From positions 22,010,001 through 22,074,000 of the forward strand of contig JBHGNT010000010.1 of the NCBI GenBank assembly GCA_043228905.1: a DNA stretch of 64,000 bases. The letters are read 5' to 3'. A program made the position numbers and the translations under genes. The notes beneath the pieces are model-generated. The model was not told the DNA's origin, made no database searches, and saw nothing but the letters and a program-made list of their open reading frames with translations. This document shows, piece after piece, positions 36,468 to 49,737 of the stretch. Within the stretch, counting starts at the first letter, position 1; the number at the start of each line of letters is the position of its first letter. The stretch comes from Azolla caroliniana (lineage: Eukaryota; Plantae; Polypodiophyta).

Positions 36468-38209
36468 TGCCCATCTCCACCTTCTGTTTCAGCAGCTCCA
36501 TCAGCTTCGGGATGTGAGCTCTGGGTACTGGAATATGTTTGAGGTTCCATAGTACATGCGGTACCATGAAGATCACCATCGGTTCTACCATCGTGGGGTC
36601 TACGCACCCGATCTCCTTCGGCGAGAATGCGAAGGCCTTTCCGTGACTCCTAAGCATTCTCCAAAACCGGTCCTCCTCCGCCGGCAGTAGAAAGCCACCC
36701 CCACCAACCTTGAGCTCTCGTAGCGTTATGTCGGTAAACCGGTGTCCTATGCCGACCGGATCTCGTAAACTCGGGTCCGACGCGACCCCTTTCATCCGTA
36801 ACTCGCTGCCCTCTGGCAAAGGTGCCACGACTGGCCTCATCTTTCGGTCCACAATCTTGTACTTCGTATCCACTCGGGCCGTCCGATCCGACTTGAGCCC
36901 TCTACCAAAGTCGACGATGACTTCGTACATCTTTTCCGAACATACCAGAATCGTCTGGTCTTCACTAAGGCTCTCTCCGAACACCTCCCGCAGCTTCCCC
37001 AAGGTGTCGTCAAAAGAGACCGCCTCCACGGCTCCGTTGATTTCCTCTTCGGGGCCGAGAACTCCGCATGCCCTGAGTTGCTCTTCTGCCCGCTTCTTCT
37101 CCCGGCCAACGACGCCGACTATTGTACAACCTCTGCTGTCAGAGAACCAAAACTTCCTACCTATGTTACAGGTTCCTTTGCCTACTGTACATGTGTGGGG
37201 TTTTTTCGGAGTGTCCAGACTACCGCGACCCCACGCCTTGATAGCCCTCTCTAAAAATCCCCTCGGCTCTCCGAGTATGGCTCGCCGAGTATCACTGGGA
37301 TGGTCTCCTGCACAAAGAAATGTTGATCTATCTCAACGTCACCGATCTTTATGCACACATTCGGGCACGCACCATGTAGCTCCTCCGTAGTACGCATCGC
37401 CGCGCCTATCTTCCACACGTGCTTTGTGTTGATCGACCACTTCCCCTCCTTGTAGAAGTCCATGGACATCAAGTTGATCTCTGAACCGTGGTCTACCAAC
37501 GCCACCACCGGCTTCTGGATGTCCCCGATCCGAACAGGGGTTTCCGTAGTGGCCCTAGCCCAATGTAGCCTCGAGTAGTGGCTTTCCGCCAACTCGTCCT
37601 CCAGGGCCATGTCTTCTAGGTGCGTAGTTCGCACCTCCACCGGCTTCTCCGGCTCTAGCTCTATCAAAAGCCTCTTTCGCTTCACCAAGTCTACGATGAG
37701 GTCGTGGTACTCCTTCTTGGCGATACCGAGCACTTCCCTCAGCGACAACTCCACTTTGTTGTCGAGGATCCGCTCCTCCAGGTCCTTTCGATCTCCGTGC
37801 TCAACTGGTAACTGGCCTTCTTGGCTTTATACGGTGCGCCGGGTGCACCGGTGTCATTCTGCCTCAAGCCGAACTAGATCTCATACCGTTGTGAGGGTCC
37901 AGCCCCTTCGGTTTTTCCCGCACGCTTCTCTTCCATCAGAACCTTGTAGTTCTGGCACGCGACTTCTACGAAGCTCGTCTTTTCTTCGACCGGGTCACTT
38001 CTACGAAGCTCGTCTTTCCTCGCAGTCCGCTTCTTCTTTCCTCAATCGTACGCCGGTGAGGCCTTCTAGAATCAATGGCCAAATCCCGGAGTCCTTCGTC
38101 TTCTAGACTTCGTCGCTCCCGACCCGGATTCCTACCGACGCCGAGTAGTGGACAGTCTCCGCATGGCGAGCCGCCGTTTCTTCCATCAACTGCTTCATTC
38201 CCCCTTGTT

Positions 38210-38499
38210 TGAGAGGACTACGTGCTCCTTCGACAACGCTCGGCCACAACCGAGTCTAGAATCAAACACAGAAAAAATGGATAATGTACGCACGACATAG
38301 TAAAGAGAAGAGTACACAGGATGTTTACGTGGAAAACCCAAACATGGGAAAAAACCACCGCAGTCCACAGACTGCAAACTATCACTATGTTACAATGTAC
38401 AATAGATGAACACAGAGGCAACAACCTCTTGCTCACTATCTTCGCCACAGGCGGCGGTTACAACAGAGACAACGTCCTCTTCGTCTCTCACTCACTCAC

Positions 38500-38571
<72 letters not shown>

Positions 38572-38920
38572 CACGGTTGCACTCTAAAATCTTGCACCAA
38601 CAAGAATGAATACAACCCTGTACTAAATTTTCCCTAAGTCATATTTATACTAATATGACTTTTCGGCTATTTACAAATATAGCCCCAATGGACTCTCAAA
38701 AACATATTTATGAATATGTCCCTTCATCCGGTGAGCGCTCCTCACCGGGCCTGCATCATCCGGCTCTTGCCGGGCACTCGTCATCCGGTTCTCACTGGGC
38801 CTTCCTTGCCGGGTACTCGTCATCCGGTTCTCATCAGGTCTTCCATTGCCAGGTACTCCACATCCGGTTTCTTCTCACTATTCTTCTCACTTCCCATCCG
38901 GAGGGACCTATTTCCTAACA
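38210..38920 (-). mobile_element. Solo LTR of the Copia A family
   Basis: Reverse-complement match to A-family LTRs; removal restores Gypsy NVxRGGMK; TSD decayed (TGTT(T)/CGTC(T)). Confidence 0.85.
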
Positions 38921-39882
38921 CGTCTGACGTTCTGTTCCAGGGCCCTCCTGGTTTCACAAGCGTGTACACACCTGTTCCACAGGTACACCACGTTAGACCT
39001 TATTGCTTCAGCGAAATCCCCGCAGTCCTTTGGGGCGTGGTCGATCGCGTCGCACCACAAGCACCAATGCCTGGCCGGAGGCCTTCAGTCGTGGGATTGT
39101 TCGTCGTTGTCCCTCCGTGCCTGTGCAATCTGGAGATCCCTCACCATCTGAGTTAGCTCCTCTAGAGCCGCACCTCTGGACAGGCCCTTGACCACGTTGG
39201 TCGAAGTCGAGCCGGTCTCAAGCCAATCTCAGGTCTCCTCCCTTCGCGCCGGTGGGGGTACCTCGAGCTTTCTTGCCACAACAGAGCCTGCCCCCGCCGA
39301 GCCTTTATCGACCCAATCTCGCCGTTTGTTGAAACGGCCGCAGACTCTCTTCACCACAGCCCAGTCGGCCGTCAGCCCGTCATCGATCTCTAGTAGGAAG
39401 CCCACTTGCTCCCGGTCCCTCACATCCACCGATTTAACGAACAATAGGACACGACTTGTGTCCAATATGGTCCGGTCTAGTGTCGAAAGACGCGTGAAGC
39501 GCTCTTCAAACTCCCAGAGGAGCACCGACGCATTTCTCCCCTTTTCGAAAACCTCCACAGAGAAAGATGGAGGAGAAGAGCTTGGTCTCTAGTCCGGCAA
39601 CACTTCGTCCTCGACTCTAGCGATCCCCATTACGATTCCTCTCCCTCTCTTTTATAGCCCAAGGAGGGACTCGGCCGTCACAACCCGTTACATCATCTTT
39701 ACTCTTTGTCCTCTCGGACAGAGATACGCCTCGATTTTCTACTACCAAATGCATGCTACCTAGGATATTCACATCAGTCGACTTGTACCTAAATATATAC
39801 ATTACAACAAAACTTGTGCCTACGTATAAGGGCTAGTTCGCGCACATTATTCTCCGATTCCGCCTAGGGACGGTTTTCTCCA

Positions 39883-41808
39883 TGACATCGGTATGCACCA
39901 ACTCCAGTGGTGCATTGCGTCTCATCGGTGGCCTTGATCGGAAGGAGGTCCGGTTTTGCTTACCGGCTAGGCAGTTGGTGCACCTCTCAAGATGCACGTT
40001 CTTCACCAGAATGAGGTTGTCATCGGCAAGCCTCTTCATCCCCTTCTTGCTCATGTGACACAGTCTCTTGTGCCACAGCTCACCGGTAGTGTCGGAATCA
40101 GTGCACTTCTCCAAGTGCACGTTCTTCACTAGAATGAGGTTGTCATCTGCAAGCCTCTTCATCCCCTTCTCACTCATGTGACACATCCTCTTGTGCCACA
40201 GCTCACCGGCAGTGTCGGAAGCCACGTTCACTTCTTCCGGGCATAACCGGGCATTCATCAAGTATAATGTGTTGACCTTTCGGGCCCGAGCCACTATCAG
40301 GCTCCCCTTGCTAAACTTCATGATATCGTTCTGGATGCTACCAGTGTAGCCTTCATCATCTAGCCGACCGGCTGATATCAGGTTCAATCAAACCTTCGGA
40401 ACGTGTCAGACATCCTTCAATAGCAACTTGCATCCGGTTGGTGCTGTCAACCACACATCTCCTATGCCGACAATTCGGCATGTACCTTCATTCCCCATCT
40501 GAACATAACTATGCTCGCCGGTTGTGTAGGATGAGAAGCATTTCTGGTTCGGGGTCAGGTGGAATGACGCTCCAGAATTGACAACCCACGTTGTCTCGTC
40601 GCCGGCAAGGTTCAACTCACTCTCCTTGGTGATGAGCATCAACTCCTCTTCACTTGCCGCGATTGCCGTCGTTCCCTTCCGGTCTGGTCCCCTCCGGTCT
40701 TTACCGTTCCGGTCCGGTGACTGCTTCGAATCGGTATTGTCGGTTTCCTTGTCTTTCCGAAAATGCCGATGCCGACAGTTCTTCTGGAAGTGTCTCGGCT
40801 TGCCGCAGTAGAAGCAAGTGGGCCTCCCCCTTGACTTTCACCGTATCCCCAATTTTTCCTGGTTCTGGGGACTCTGATTCCTTTGTCTTCCGCGTTCCGA
40901 TTGGGTAAGGAGCAATTTGGAGTCGGAGCTCGTATCCTTGTCTTTCCGACGTGCCTCCTCATCTAGCAAGCTCGACTTGACTCTTGCTAGGGATAACTGT
41001 TTTCCTTCCGGCCCGGCATTGCCCAAAGTGACAACCAACGTCTCCCAATTATCTAGGAGGGAACTGAGTAGGAGCAATGCTGGTACCTCATCGGCGAGAG
41101 GTACTTCCAACGAAGTTGCCTGGTGAATCAGCCCCTGGAAGGTATTCATGTGCTCCGCCATGCTGGAGCCATCTTGGTACCAGAGCCTCACTAGCTTCCG
41201 AAATACTGAAACCCGATTTACAACATTTTTGTTCTGAAACATAATGTTTATCTTCTCCCAGAGCTCATGAGCCTTACTCTCCTTGTTGAAGTTGTTATAT
41301 AGGCTCATGTCGATGAAGCACCAAATGTATGTTGTTGTCTTCATGTGCATCACCTCCCACACTGTGGCATCAATCTTGTCCGGTCTCTTGTCCCCGAACT
41401 GAACCGGCAACCAAAGATCTTTAACCATGAGCATGTCCCTCATCTTCGACTTCCACACCGAGTAGTTGGATCCGGTGAGCTTGAACATGCCTCCCAACAA
41501 ATCTTCCATTTTTCTGTGTTGTTTCGTTCTGATACCAGATTGATAGGAACATTGCGGAATAATCTTCGGCCACAACTGAGAATTAGATCTCTTAACGATA
41601 ATCAAACACAGTAAAAAATGAGAAATGGAAGTAAGTACACACACAAAAGGGAATACATAGGATGTTAACGTGGAAAACCCTAAACGGGAAAAACCACGGG
41701 AGCCCACAGACTCCGAACTATCACTATGTAAGGAGAATACAACAGGGGAACACAGAGGCAACGACCTCGTGCTCCCAATCTTCGCCTGGCGGCAGTTACA
41801 ACAGAGAC

Positions 41809-41844
<36 letters not shown>

Positions 41845-42119
41845 CCCTCTGCTACGCTCTGTACAGTAGTTACACTAATAATACTACACAAAGAAATTAC
41901 AACACAATGATCTGCAACAACAACAACAACAAGACACACACAGGTCATATTTATACTAATATGATGTTAGGACTATTTACAGATATAGCCCCACTGGGCT
42001 CTCTTGAACATATATGAGGTTCTCACCGGGCCTGCAACATTCGGTTCTCACCGGGGTACTCATCATCCGGTTCTTACCGGGCCTTCATCATCCCATCCGG
42101 AGGGACCGAAATCCTAACA
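39883..42119 (-). mobile_element. 5' half of a Copia A-family element (LTR, PBS, gag, PR, start of integrase), cut by the Gypsy insertion
   Basis: LTR 41541-42119; PBS 41526-41537; gag MEDLLGGMFKLTGSNY; WVVNSGAS; ends at ELVHTDV; 120-bp tandem duplication of GELWHKRxCHMS..VHLExCT. Confidence 0.92.
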
Positions 42120-42339
42120 TTTAGCAACGTAAGTGAGAAAATATTGAAGATAGATAGATGGATGAAGAGAGAGAGAGAGAGAGATTGATATTGATATTGA
42201 ACCCTTGACTTTAGTTTTACGAGACAAGATACATCACCATTAGGATAACTCAGATCTTTGGTTAAAAGTTTCTTTTTTACTTACATCACTCGCCTCCTTA
42301 CACAAGACCAACTATAGGCTTTTATAGGGCTCTCCATGC

Positions 42340-42415
42340 AAAAACCATGGGCTAAAACCACGAGCTAAAACCATGGGATAAAACCACGGGCTAAAACCAT
42401 GGTTTTGTGCCCACG
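42340..42415. repeat. 13-bp minisatellite CTAAAACCA(T/C)GGG, about 5 copies; probably part of an LTR remnant
   Basis: Directly visible tandem units. Confidence 0.75.
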
Positions 42416-42483
42416 GTTTCTATATGTTTGCTTCCTACAAAATACTGAATATGAAAAGAAAATATACAAATTCTAAAGCACTC

Positions 42484-42555
42484 AATAGTGGCTTTAGTGG
42501 TAAGTTAATTTGTCACCTATCTTGGAGGTACAAGGTTCAAGCCTTGCTTCCACCC
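42484..42555 (+). mobile_element. Possible tRNA-derived SINE head or tRNA relic
   Basis: A-box-like TGGCTTTAGTGG and B-box-like GGTTCAAGCC at plausible spacing; no clean cloverleaf. Confidence 0.35.
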
Positions 42556-42895
42556 CTATGTATGCACTTAAATGTTATTAGGCTTTAGTCTTATTTTTAT
42601 ATTTACGATTGAGCGCACATCACACGTGCACATGTTTAACTTTATATCTAGCTTTTCTTTTACGATTCTCATTTCAGTCCTATTTACAACATGCTAGCAT
42701 ATGCGTGTGGCCTTCACCCCTTTCACACATGCACATTGCACCTTCTCGATTTCGTTCGTTGCACACAATTTTCACACCGTTGCCGAAAATCTTCGCGACA
42801 ACGTAAACAATGGGAGAAGTTATGTGTACACCTTAACCTACGAGACATCTGGCATTCTGACAACTTCCAATGAAAAAGGGACTCTCTCTTATTCT

Positions 42896-44629
42896 TGTTA
42901 AGAATTAGGTAAGTAATTAAGGGTTTTTTTTTTTTTTTCCATAAAAAATATGCTCCATTGGTATTAAAATTAACAATGCCAAAGGCAATCTACAAATTGT
43001 ACATAATAGTTTCCACTCCATAAGTATATGTCGTAAAAAAAGGGACCAAATAAAGATGGCATTTGTTATGGCCTCTAAAAAACATCATGTTGCAGCCAAC
43101 ATTGGCTGAATGTGATTCCACATATACTGAAGCTCTTTAGTATACCCATATTCAACCTATAAACAAATTCCTGGTTGTCCAATAGTTGTTCCCGTTCCTT
43201 GGCCTTTAATTTTCCTTTGTGAATGTCCTTTTGTACCACTTAGGTAATACAAAACTGCTCTCTCCAATCAAGCCATTGAGGTAATCTGCTACTTCTTGGC
43301 CGTAGTCTTCTTCAAGCTGAAACTCAGAACAACCATACATTGATTAGACCATAATCTCATCACAACCATTCTTCATTTAACCCACATCAGTCATGTCTCC
43401 GATTAACGTCATTGCCCAAAAACCCCAAAAATCTGTGATAAGAATAAAATCCGTCTAAAAATTCCTCACCCACTCGTGATGATTGGCTTCGACCCTCCCC
43501 ACCATCTTCACTCATCCTCACCACAAATATTTCTTCCTTTAGTCGACATCAGCCATCTCACCGATTAACCTGGTTCCAATGTCCACGCATATCCTGTATA
43601 ATCAACAAAAACTTAGGTTAAAACATGTCCTCACCCACTCCTGCACATTGGCTTCGACCCTCCCCACCATCTTCACTCATCCTTAACACAATAATTCTTC
43701 ATTCAGTCGACATCAGCCATCTCACCAACTACCACGGTGGCAATGTCCACGCATATCCTGTATTGATCAACACAAAATTAATGTAAACATTTCCTCACCC
43801 ACTCGTTATAGTCGGCTTCACCCTCCCCACCATCTTCACTCATCCTTAACACAGAAATTCTTCATACAGTCGACATCAGCCATCTCACCAATTAACACGG
43901 TGGCAATGTCCACGCATATCCTGTATTGATCAACACAAAATTAGTGTAAACATTTTCTCACCCACTCGTTATAGTCGGCTTCACCCTCCCCACCATCTTC
44001 ACTCAACCTTATCACTTTCACACAGAAAATTTCTTCGTTCAATCCACATCAACCGTCTAGCCAATTATCGTCATGACCAATGTCCACGAAAAAACCTGTA
44101 TCAATAACAAAACAGTTAATCTCAAAGTTTCCTCACTCATGATAGATGGCTTCGACCCCCCCGCCATCTTCCCTCATCCTTATCACAGAACAAGAAATTC
44201 TTCATTCAGTCCACGTCAGCCCTCTTGCCGATTATGTGATTAAGTTAATAAGCGGAAGATTAAGTGATATGTGTATGTATGTGTGTGAGAGGAAGAGAGA
44301 GAGGAAGATACACTTATGAACAACACAAGATGGGGGGATGAGTAACTATATTAAATTAGCATTATCATCATCAAATACAAAAATACCCACAATGAGGTAT
44401 ATATACATCTCATGTGCAAAGGTGCACATGTGTGAGTAGAATATAGGTACTAAGGTGTAAGTCCTATATTAAATGTACTTGGGAGTGGAGGATCTAGAAT
44501 ATCCCACTTAAGTACAAGGTCCTATTTAAGGTGTTATAATCAATACTTCTAACTATATTCTATCTAGGTAACTACGAAGTGACATGGTTGACTAACTAAC
44601 TAAACTAAGTTGAGCTTGATCTCTCAACA
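42896..44629 (-). mobile_element. Solo LTR of the Copia D family in the L1 endonuclease, itself interrupted by a 1.3-kb insertion
   Basis: Perfect TSD ATTCT (42891-42895, 44630-44634); 42896-42921 and 44231-44629 are the reverse complement of LTR 58526-58968. Confidence 0.92.
43380..44230 (-). repeat. ~165-bp tandem repeat (about 5 units) within the insertion 42922-44230
   Basis: CTCAC(C/T)CA anchor at 43465, 43630, 43794, 43957 and 44132. Confidence 0.9.
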
Positions 44630-47232
44630 ATTCTCCCAGTCAGACGGGCGGAATAGTGGACCCACCCTATCTTGCATTGACCGCATTTATGTGGGTGAGG
44701 CTCTAGAAGCGAAACTAAACTAAGTTGAGCTTGATCTCTCAACAATTCTCCCGATTAGACGGGCAGAATAGTGGACTCACCCTATCTCGCATTGACCGCA
44801 TTTATGTGGGCAAGGCTCTAGAAGTGAAGGGAGGGTAGTGTCGCATAACTCCAGGCACAACCTTCTCTGACCATTACCTGGTAGTCGGTCATTTTCAATT
44901 GCACCAAAAATGGGGCCCATTCCAGCCTCGCATCCCACACACTATTTACACAGTTATAGAGGTGAAGGAACAACTCTCCAACCAATGGTCATTACCCGTT
45001 AATGACTCATCAGCATCTGACAAACTTCTAGCTAAATTACCAAGAGCTTCAACTCTCCTACATGAGATTGTCAAGACTAGAAGCAAGGATGCTCAAGAAA
45101 AGCAACATAGGACAAAACAGGGACTATTAGCCTTACAACGACTCCAACAAAGATACCGGTCATGTAGTTGGATCGCAGGATAAGTTGCCATGACCAAACA
45201 TGAACTCAGCATGGTGGAAAAGGAAATATATGACATGGAGTTTCATGGAAGCATGGCGCGATGGATTCAAGTAAGGGACAAAACCACGATGGAATTCTTC
45301 CGCTCCAAAGGCCCGAGACATGCTAGAACAATGATGCGTAGTCTCAACCGAGAGGATGGAACGACCACTGAGGATGGCGACGAAATGAGGAATATTGCCA
45401 CAAGTTACTATAAGCGCCTACTTACTGAAGATACTATGGCCACAAGGGAAGACATAAAAGAAGATATTATCCTCCAAAGTATACCCGAGAAAGTCATGAT
45501 AGAAATGAATATATGGCTCGTGCGTCCCCTATCAATCATCGAAATATGGGAGGCCCTCTCTAATTTGGATGCAGATAGTTGCCCCGGAATCAACGGCCTC
45601 ACCCCTCACTTTTTCACATGCCTTTGGGACACTATTAAAGAAGACCTCCTCCAGGCATATGAGGAGATCATCACCTCTGGAAACATGCCGGAGGAATTTG
45701 GACAGGGGATGATACATCTCATTCCTAAAAGTGGTGGGAGTGCCAACAACATTAGCAAGTTGCAGCCCATAACTCTTCTCAATACTGTCTATAAGTTGCT
45801 CGCAAAAATTGTGGCATGTTGTTTAACACCAATTCTCCCTCAACTCATTCATCCATCCCAAACAGGTTTCGTTAGAAATCGGAACATCCTATACAACCTC
45901 TTCTCATTCTGGGAAGCAATAGCCCTTGCAAAGCGTACCAACAACAAGGTCACGTGGTGCTATTAGATTTTGAGAAAGCATATGACAAGGTATGCTAGAA
46001 CTTTCTCAAAAGTGTGATGGGGAAACTCAGCTTTCAAGAGACATGGATCAAAGGCATTGCCGGACTTTAAAGGAATGACAATAGTTGTGTCTCATTGGCA
46101 AGTGAAAGGGACCCCTTTTTCCGATCATCCCGATCTATACGACAGGGATGCCCACTAGCTCCATCCTTATTGCTATTATACGCCGAAGCACTCTCTTGCT
46201 TTCTCAACTTGCGACATCTCAACCTACGTGGTCTTCCCGTGCCTCATTCTCACCAAAGCATTCTGGATATAGAATTTGCAGATGACACAACGGTCTACCT
46301 GCAAGGGGACTTGGAAAACCTACAAAAGCTCGAAAGTGGGTTAGTTGTATTTTGCAAGAGATCCAATGCCATGATCAATTTGCACAAATCCTATGCAATA
46401 TGACTTTCTCATGAAATACATCCTACGTGTCACCCACATCCCGCTTTCAAATGGATCAATCAAGGAGCGAGCACCAAATATTTGGGTTTCCAAATTGGTT
46501 TCAACATACCACCGAAGACTATGATTGCACCCGTTATCCATTCCATTCGACAAAAGTTGATACATTGGAGTTCAAAAAAATTGTCGCTAACGGGTCGCAT
46601 CATAGTGGCAAACCAGGTACTACTCGCAACAACATGGTAATATGTCGCATTTGTCAGGTTTCAACATACCACTGGAGACTATGATTGCACCCATTATCCA
46701 TTCCATTCGACAAAAGTTGATACATTGGAGTCCGAAAAAAATTTCGTTAGCGGGTCGCATCATAGTGGCAAACCAGGTACCACTCGCAACAACATGGTAC
46801 AGTCTATCATGTTGGACAATCTCCAAGGAAAGTATACATTAGATTCAATGACTGGTACGCAACTACATTTGGTCTGGTAAGGAAGATCATGTAACTCGTG
46901 CCAAGGTGGTGTGGCCTATACTCACAGCACCTAAGTCAAGAGGGGGTTTGGGTCTTATTGATCCCCTCTCACAATCAAAAGCCTTACTTGCCAAATTTGT
47001 GGTGCGAGGACTCCAACCAGGAAATGACTGTTGGAAAATGCTAGTGTGGTTACGTTTCGCTTACTTTATGCCACGAAAAGGGGTCAATTGGACCCCCCAA
47101 ACGGGATGGATTCTAAACATGGATCTCAAACCTAGTTTCTCCCTCCGATTCAGTGCATCCATGTGGAAGGCATGGTGTGACATTAGACGAGGGCTCAAGT
47201 GTGATCAACCGAGTTCCAAACCTTCTTGGCTC

Positions 47233-47495
47233 CACCTTTTGAGAATCTATGATTACTCAAAGGTCAAGAGTCACACCACTACTCTCTACACATTAACTAT
47301 GTGTCATAGAATCATATTCTATTACACATAACTAATGAGTTATATATTCCCCATGACTATGAGTCTTCACATTCCCCAAGAGAGAGAGTGGTTGTTTTAA
47401 GTTAATGAAGAAAGAGGGTGACTCTATATAAAGCACCCTCCTCATACTTTATACTAAGTCGGTTGTGACTCCTTGTAATGCTACATTTTCATTTA
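47233..47495 (+). mobile_element. Internal fragment of a Copia C-family LTR (no termini)
   Basis: Reverse-complement match to 31010-31268. Confidence 0.88.
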
Positions 47496-47809
47496 TCATA
47501 TTCTCCTTGTTAATATACAGATCCTATTAATTGTTCTAATTACTAATCAATGCATCTGAGTTGACGAGTAAATAGTCAATTTATGTGAAATTCTTAATTA
47601 AACCTCACAAATAAATTATCGTAATCGATTTTCAGGAAGTACTAAACATTTAGCACATAAGCCACATCCAGCGTTGTGAGTACAAAGGACATGAATGGCC
47701 ATTTTTTCAATTGCAGTAGGAGGGAGTCCAACCTTGCGCTTTCTGATTGTGAATAAACCAATTCCAATCTTGTGAGTATAAATGACATTTTTTATCATTA
47801 TTTCAATCA

Positions 47810-47882
47810 CACACTAGCAAGGGGGTGAACCTTCAGCCTTCTGCTCAGGAAATAGACGCTCTATCCACTGAGCTACAAGTGC
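47810..47882 (-). tRNA. trnR-CCU: tRNA-Arg(CCU)-derived copy, likely pseudogene
   Basis: GCACTTGTAGCTCAGTGGATAGAGCGTCTATTTCCTGAGCAGAAGGCTGAAGGTTCACCCCCTTGCTAGTGTG; anticodon-stem and T-arm mismatches. Confidence 0.8.
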
Positions 47883-48341
47883 GAAATCCTTGCTCCAAAA
47901 GAAAGGGTCGACGATCCTATTAATGTTTCTAATTACTAATCAATGCACCTGACTTGACGAATAAATAATCAATTTATGTGAACTACTTAATTAAAGCTCA
48001 CAAATGAATCATCGTAACGGATTTTTGAGGAAGTACTGAACATCTATATGAGTCTGTAAATGCGAAATACCTCATTCATTTTGGTTACTTGGGACCCATC
48101 ACACTATGACTTTTTGCTTCCATGGTAAACCTTTAATGTATAATACAATGATAGAGTTTTGCATTTGTTGGGTCCTAGAGCCAGTTTTAGTTTGTGAAAA
48201 TTTTATTTCACTATACGAGACGATAAATGTGAAGTATCTTGGTATTGTTACTTACATGAGATTGGTTAAACCTCGATCTTCGACACATAAACCAATTCCA
48301 GTCTTGTGAACCCAAATGACATATCTGACCATTATTTCAAT

Positions 48342-48414
48342 CGCACTAAGAAGGGGTCAAACGTTCGGCTTTCTGCTTAGGAAACAGACGCTCTATCCAT
48401 TGAGCTACAAGTGC
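48342..48414 (-). tRNA. trnR-CCU: tRNA-Arg(CCU)-derived copy, likely pseudogene
   Basis: GCACTTGTAGCTCAATGGATAGAGCGTCTGTTTCCTAAGCAGAAAGCCGAACGTTTGACCCCTTCTTAGTGCG; B-box mutated. Confidence 0.82.
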
Positions 48415-48643
48415 GAAATCCTATTAATTTTGGTTTACTTAGGACCCATCACACTATGACTTTTTGCTTCCATGGTAAACCCTTAATACATAATACAACA
48501 TTAGTGTTTTGCGTTTGTTGGGTCCTAGGACCACCTATAGTTTGTGAAAATTTGATCAATATTTGAGGAAGTACTAAACATCTAGCACATAAGCCACATC
48601 CTGCATTGTGAGTACAAAGGACATGAATGGTCATTTGTTCAAT

Positions 48644-48716
48644 TGCACTTGGAAGGAGTACAACCTTCAACTTTCAGCTTAGGAAACACACACTCTATCC
48701 ACTGAGCTACAAGTGC
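48644..48716 (-). tRNA. trnR-CCU: tRNA-Arg(CCU)-derived copy, pseudogene
   Basis: A-box TAGCTCAGTGG and loop TTCCTAA retained; several stem and T-loop changes. Confidence 0.75.
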
Positions 48717-49094
48717 GAAATCCTTGCTACAAATGAAAGGGTCGATGATCCTATTAATTCTTCTAATTACTAATCAATGCATATGAGTTGACGAATAAAT
48801 AATCAATTTATGTGAACTGCATAATTAAAGCTCACAAATGAATCATCGTAAACGATTTTTGAGGTAGTACTAAAGATCTATACGAGTCTCTAAATGCAAA
48901 AGAGCTCATTCATTTTGGTTACTTACGACCCATCACACTATGACTTTTTGGTTCCATGGTAAACCCTTAATGCATAATACAACACTAGAGTTTTGCATTT
49001 GCTGGGTCCTAGAGCCAATTGTAGTTTGTGAAAATTTGATTTCACATTCCAATCTTGTGAATATAAATGACATTTTTTATCATTATTTCAATCG

Positions 49095-49167
49095 CGCACT
49101 AGCAAGGGGTTGAACCTTCAGCCTTCCACTTAGGAAACAGACGCTCTGTCCACTGAGCTACAAGTGT
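49095..49167 (-). tRNA. trnR-CCU: tRNA-Arg(CCU)-derived copy, pseudogene
   Basis: Same variant class as 47810 (3' end CCCCTTGCTAGTGCG); TTCCTAA loop retained. Confidence 0.78.
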
Positions 49168-49664
49168 GAAATCCTTGCTCCAAAAGAAAGGGTCGACGAT
49201 CCTATTAATTTTCTAATTACTAATCAATGCATCTGAGTGAACGAATAAATAATCAATTTATGTGAAATGCTTAATTAAAGATGACAAATGAATCATCGCA
49301 ATCAATATTTGAGGAAGTACCAAACATCTAGCACATAAGCCACATCCAGTGTTGTGAGTACAAACGACATGAACGATCATTTTTTCAATCGAACTAGGAA
49401 GTAGTCCAACCTTTGGCTTTCTATCAACTAAGGTACAAGTGTGAAATCCTTGCTCCAAAAGAAAGGGTCGACGATCCTATTAATTGTTCTAATTACAAAT
49501 CAATGCATCTTAGTTGATGAATAAATAATCAATTTATGTGAAAGGCTTAATTAAAGTTCACAAATGAATCATTGTAATGGATTTTGAGGAACTACTAAAC
49601 ATCTAGCACATAAGACGCATCCTGCGTTGTGAGTACAAAGGACATGAATGGTCATTTCTTCAAT

Positions 49665-49737
49665 CGCACTAGGAAGGAGTCCAACCTTCGGCCTTCTGCT
49701 TAGGAAACACAAGTTGTATCCACTGAGCTACAAGTGC
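49665..49737 (-). tRNA. trnR-CCU: tRNA-Arg(CCU)-derived copy, pseudogene
   Basis: Acceptor and T stems intact; T-loop TTGGACT; D-stem 3' strand mutated. Confidence 0.78.

Larger units (their letters stand above)
33563..39882 (-). mobile_element. Ty3/Gypsy retrotransposon, decayed and 3'-truncated, containing two Copia solo LTRs
   Basis: Minus strand: LTR start TGGAGAAAACCG at 39882; gag ~39558; protease ALVDHGSEINLM (37251-37754); RT YSNRWFTVPRKNGSLRFIQDLQ..PFLDDI (34774-35745); RNaseH; integrase YNPEANGKVE. Order PR-RT-RH-INT. Confidence 0.92.
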
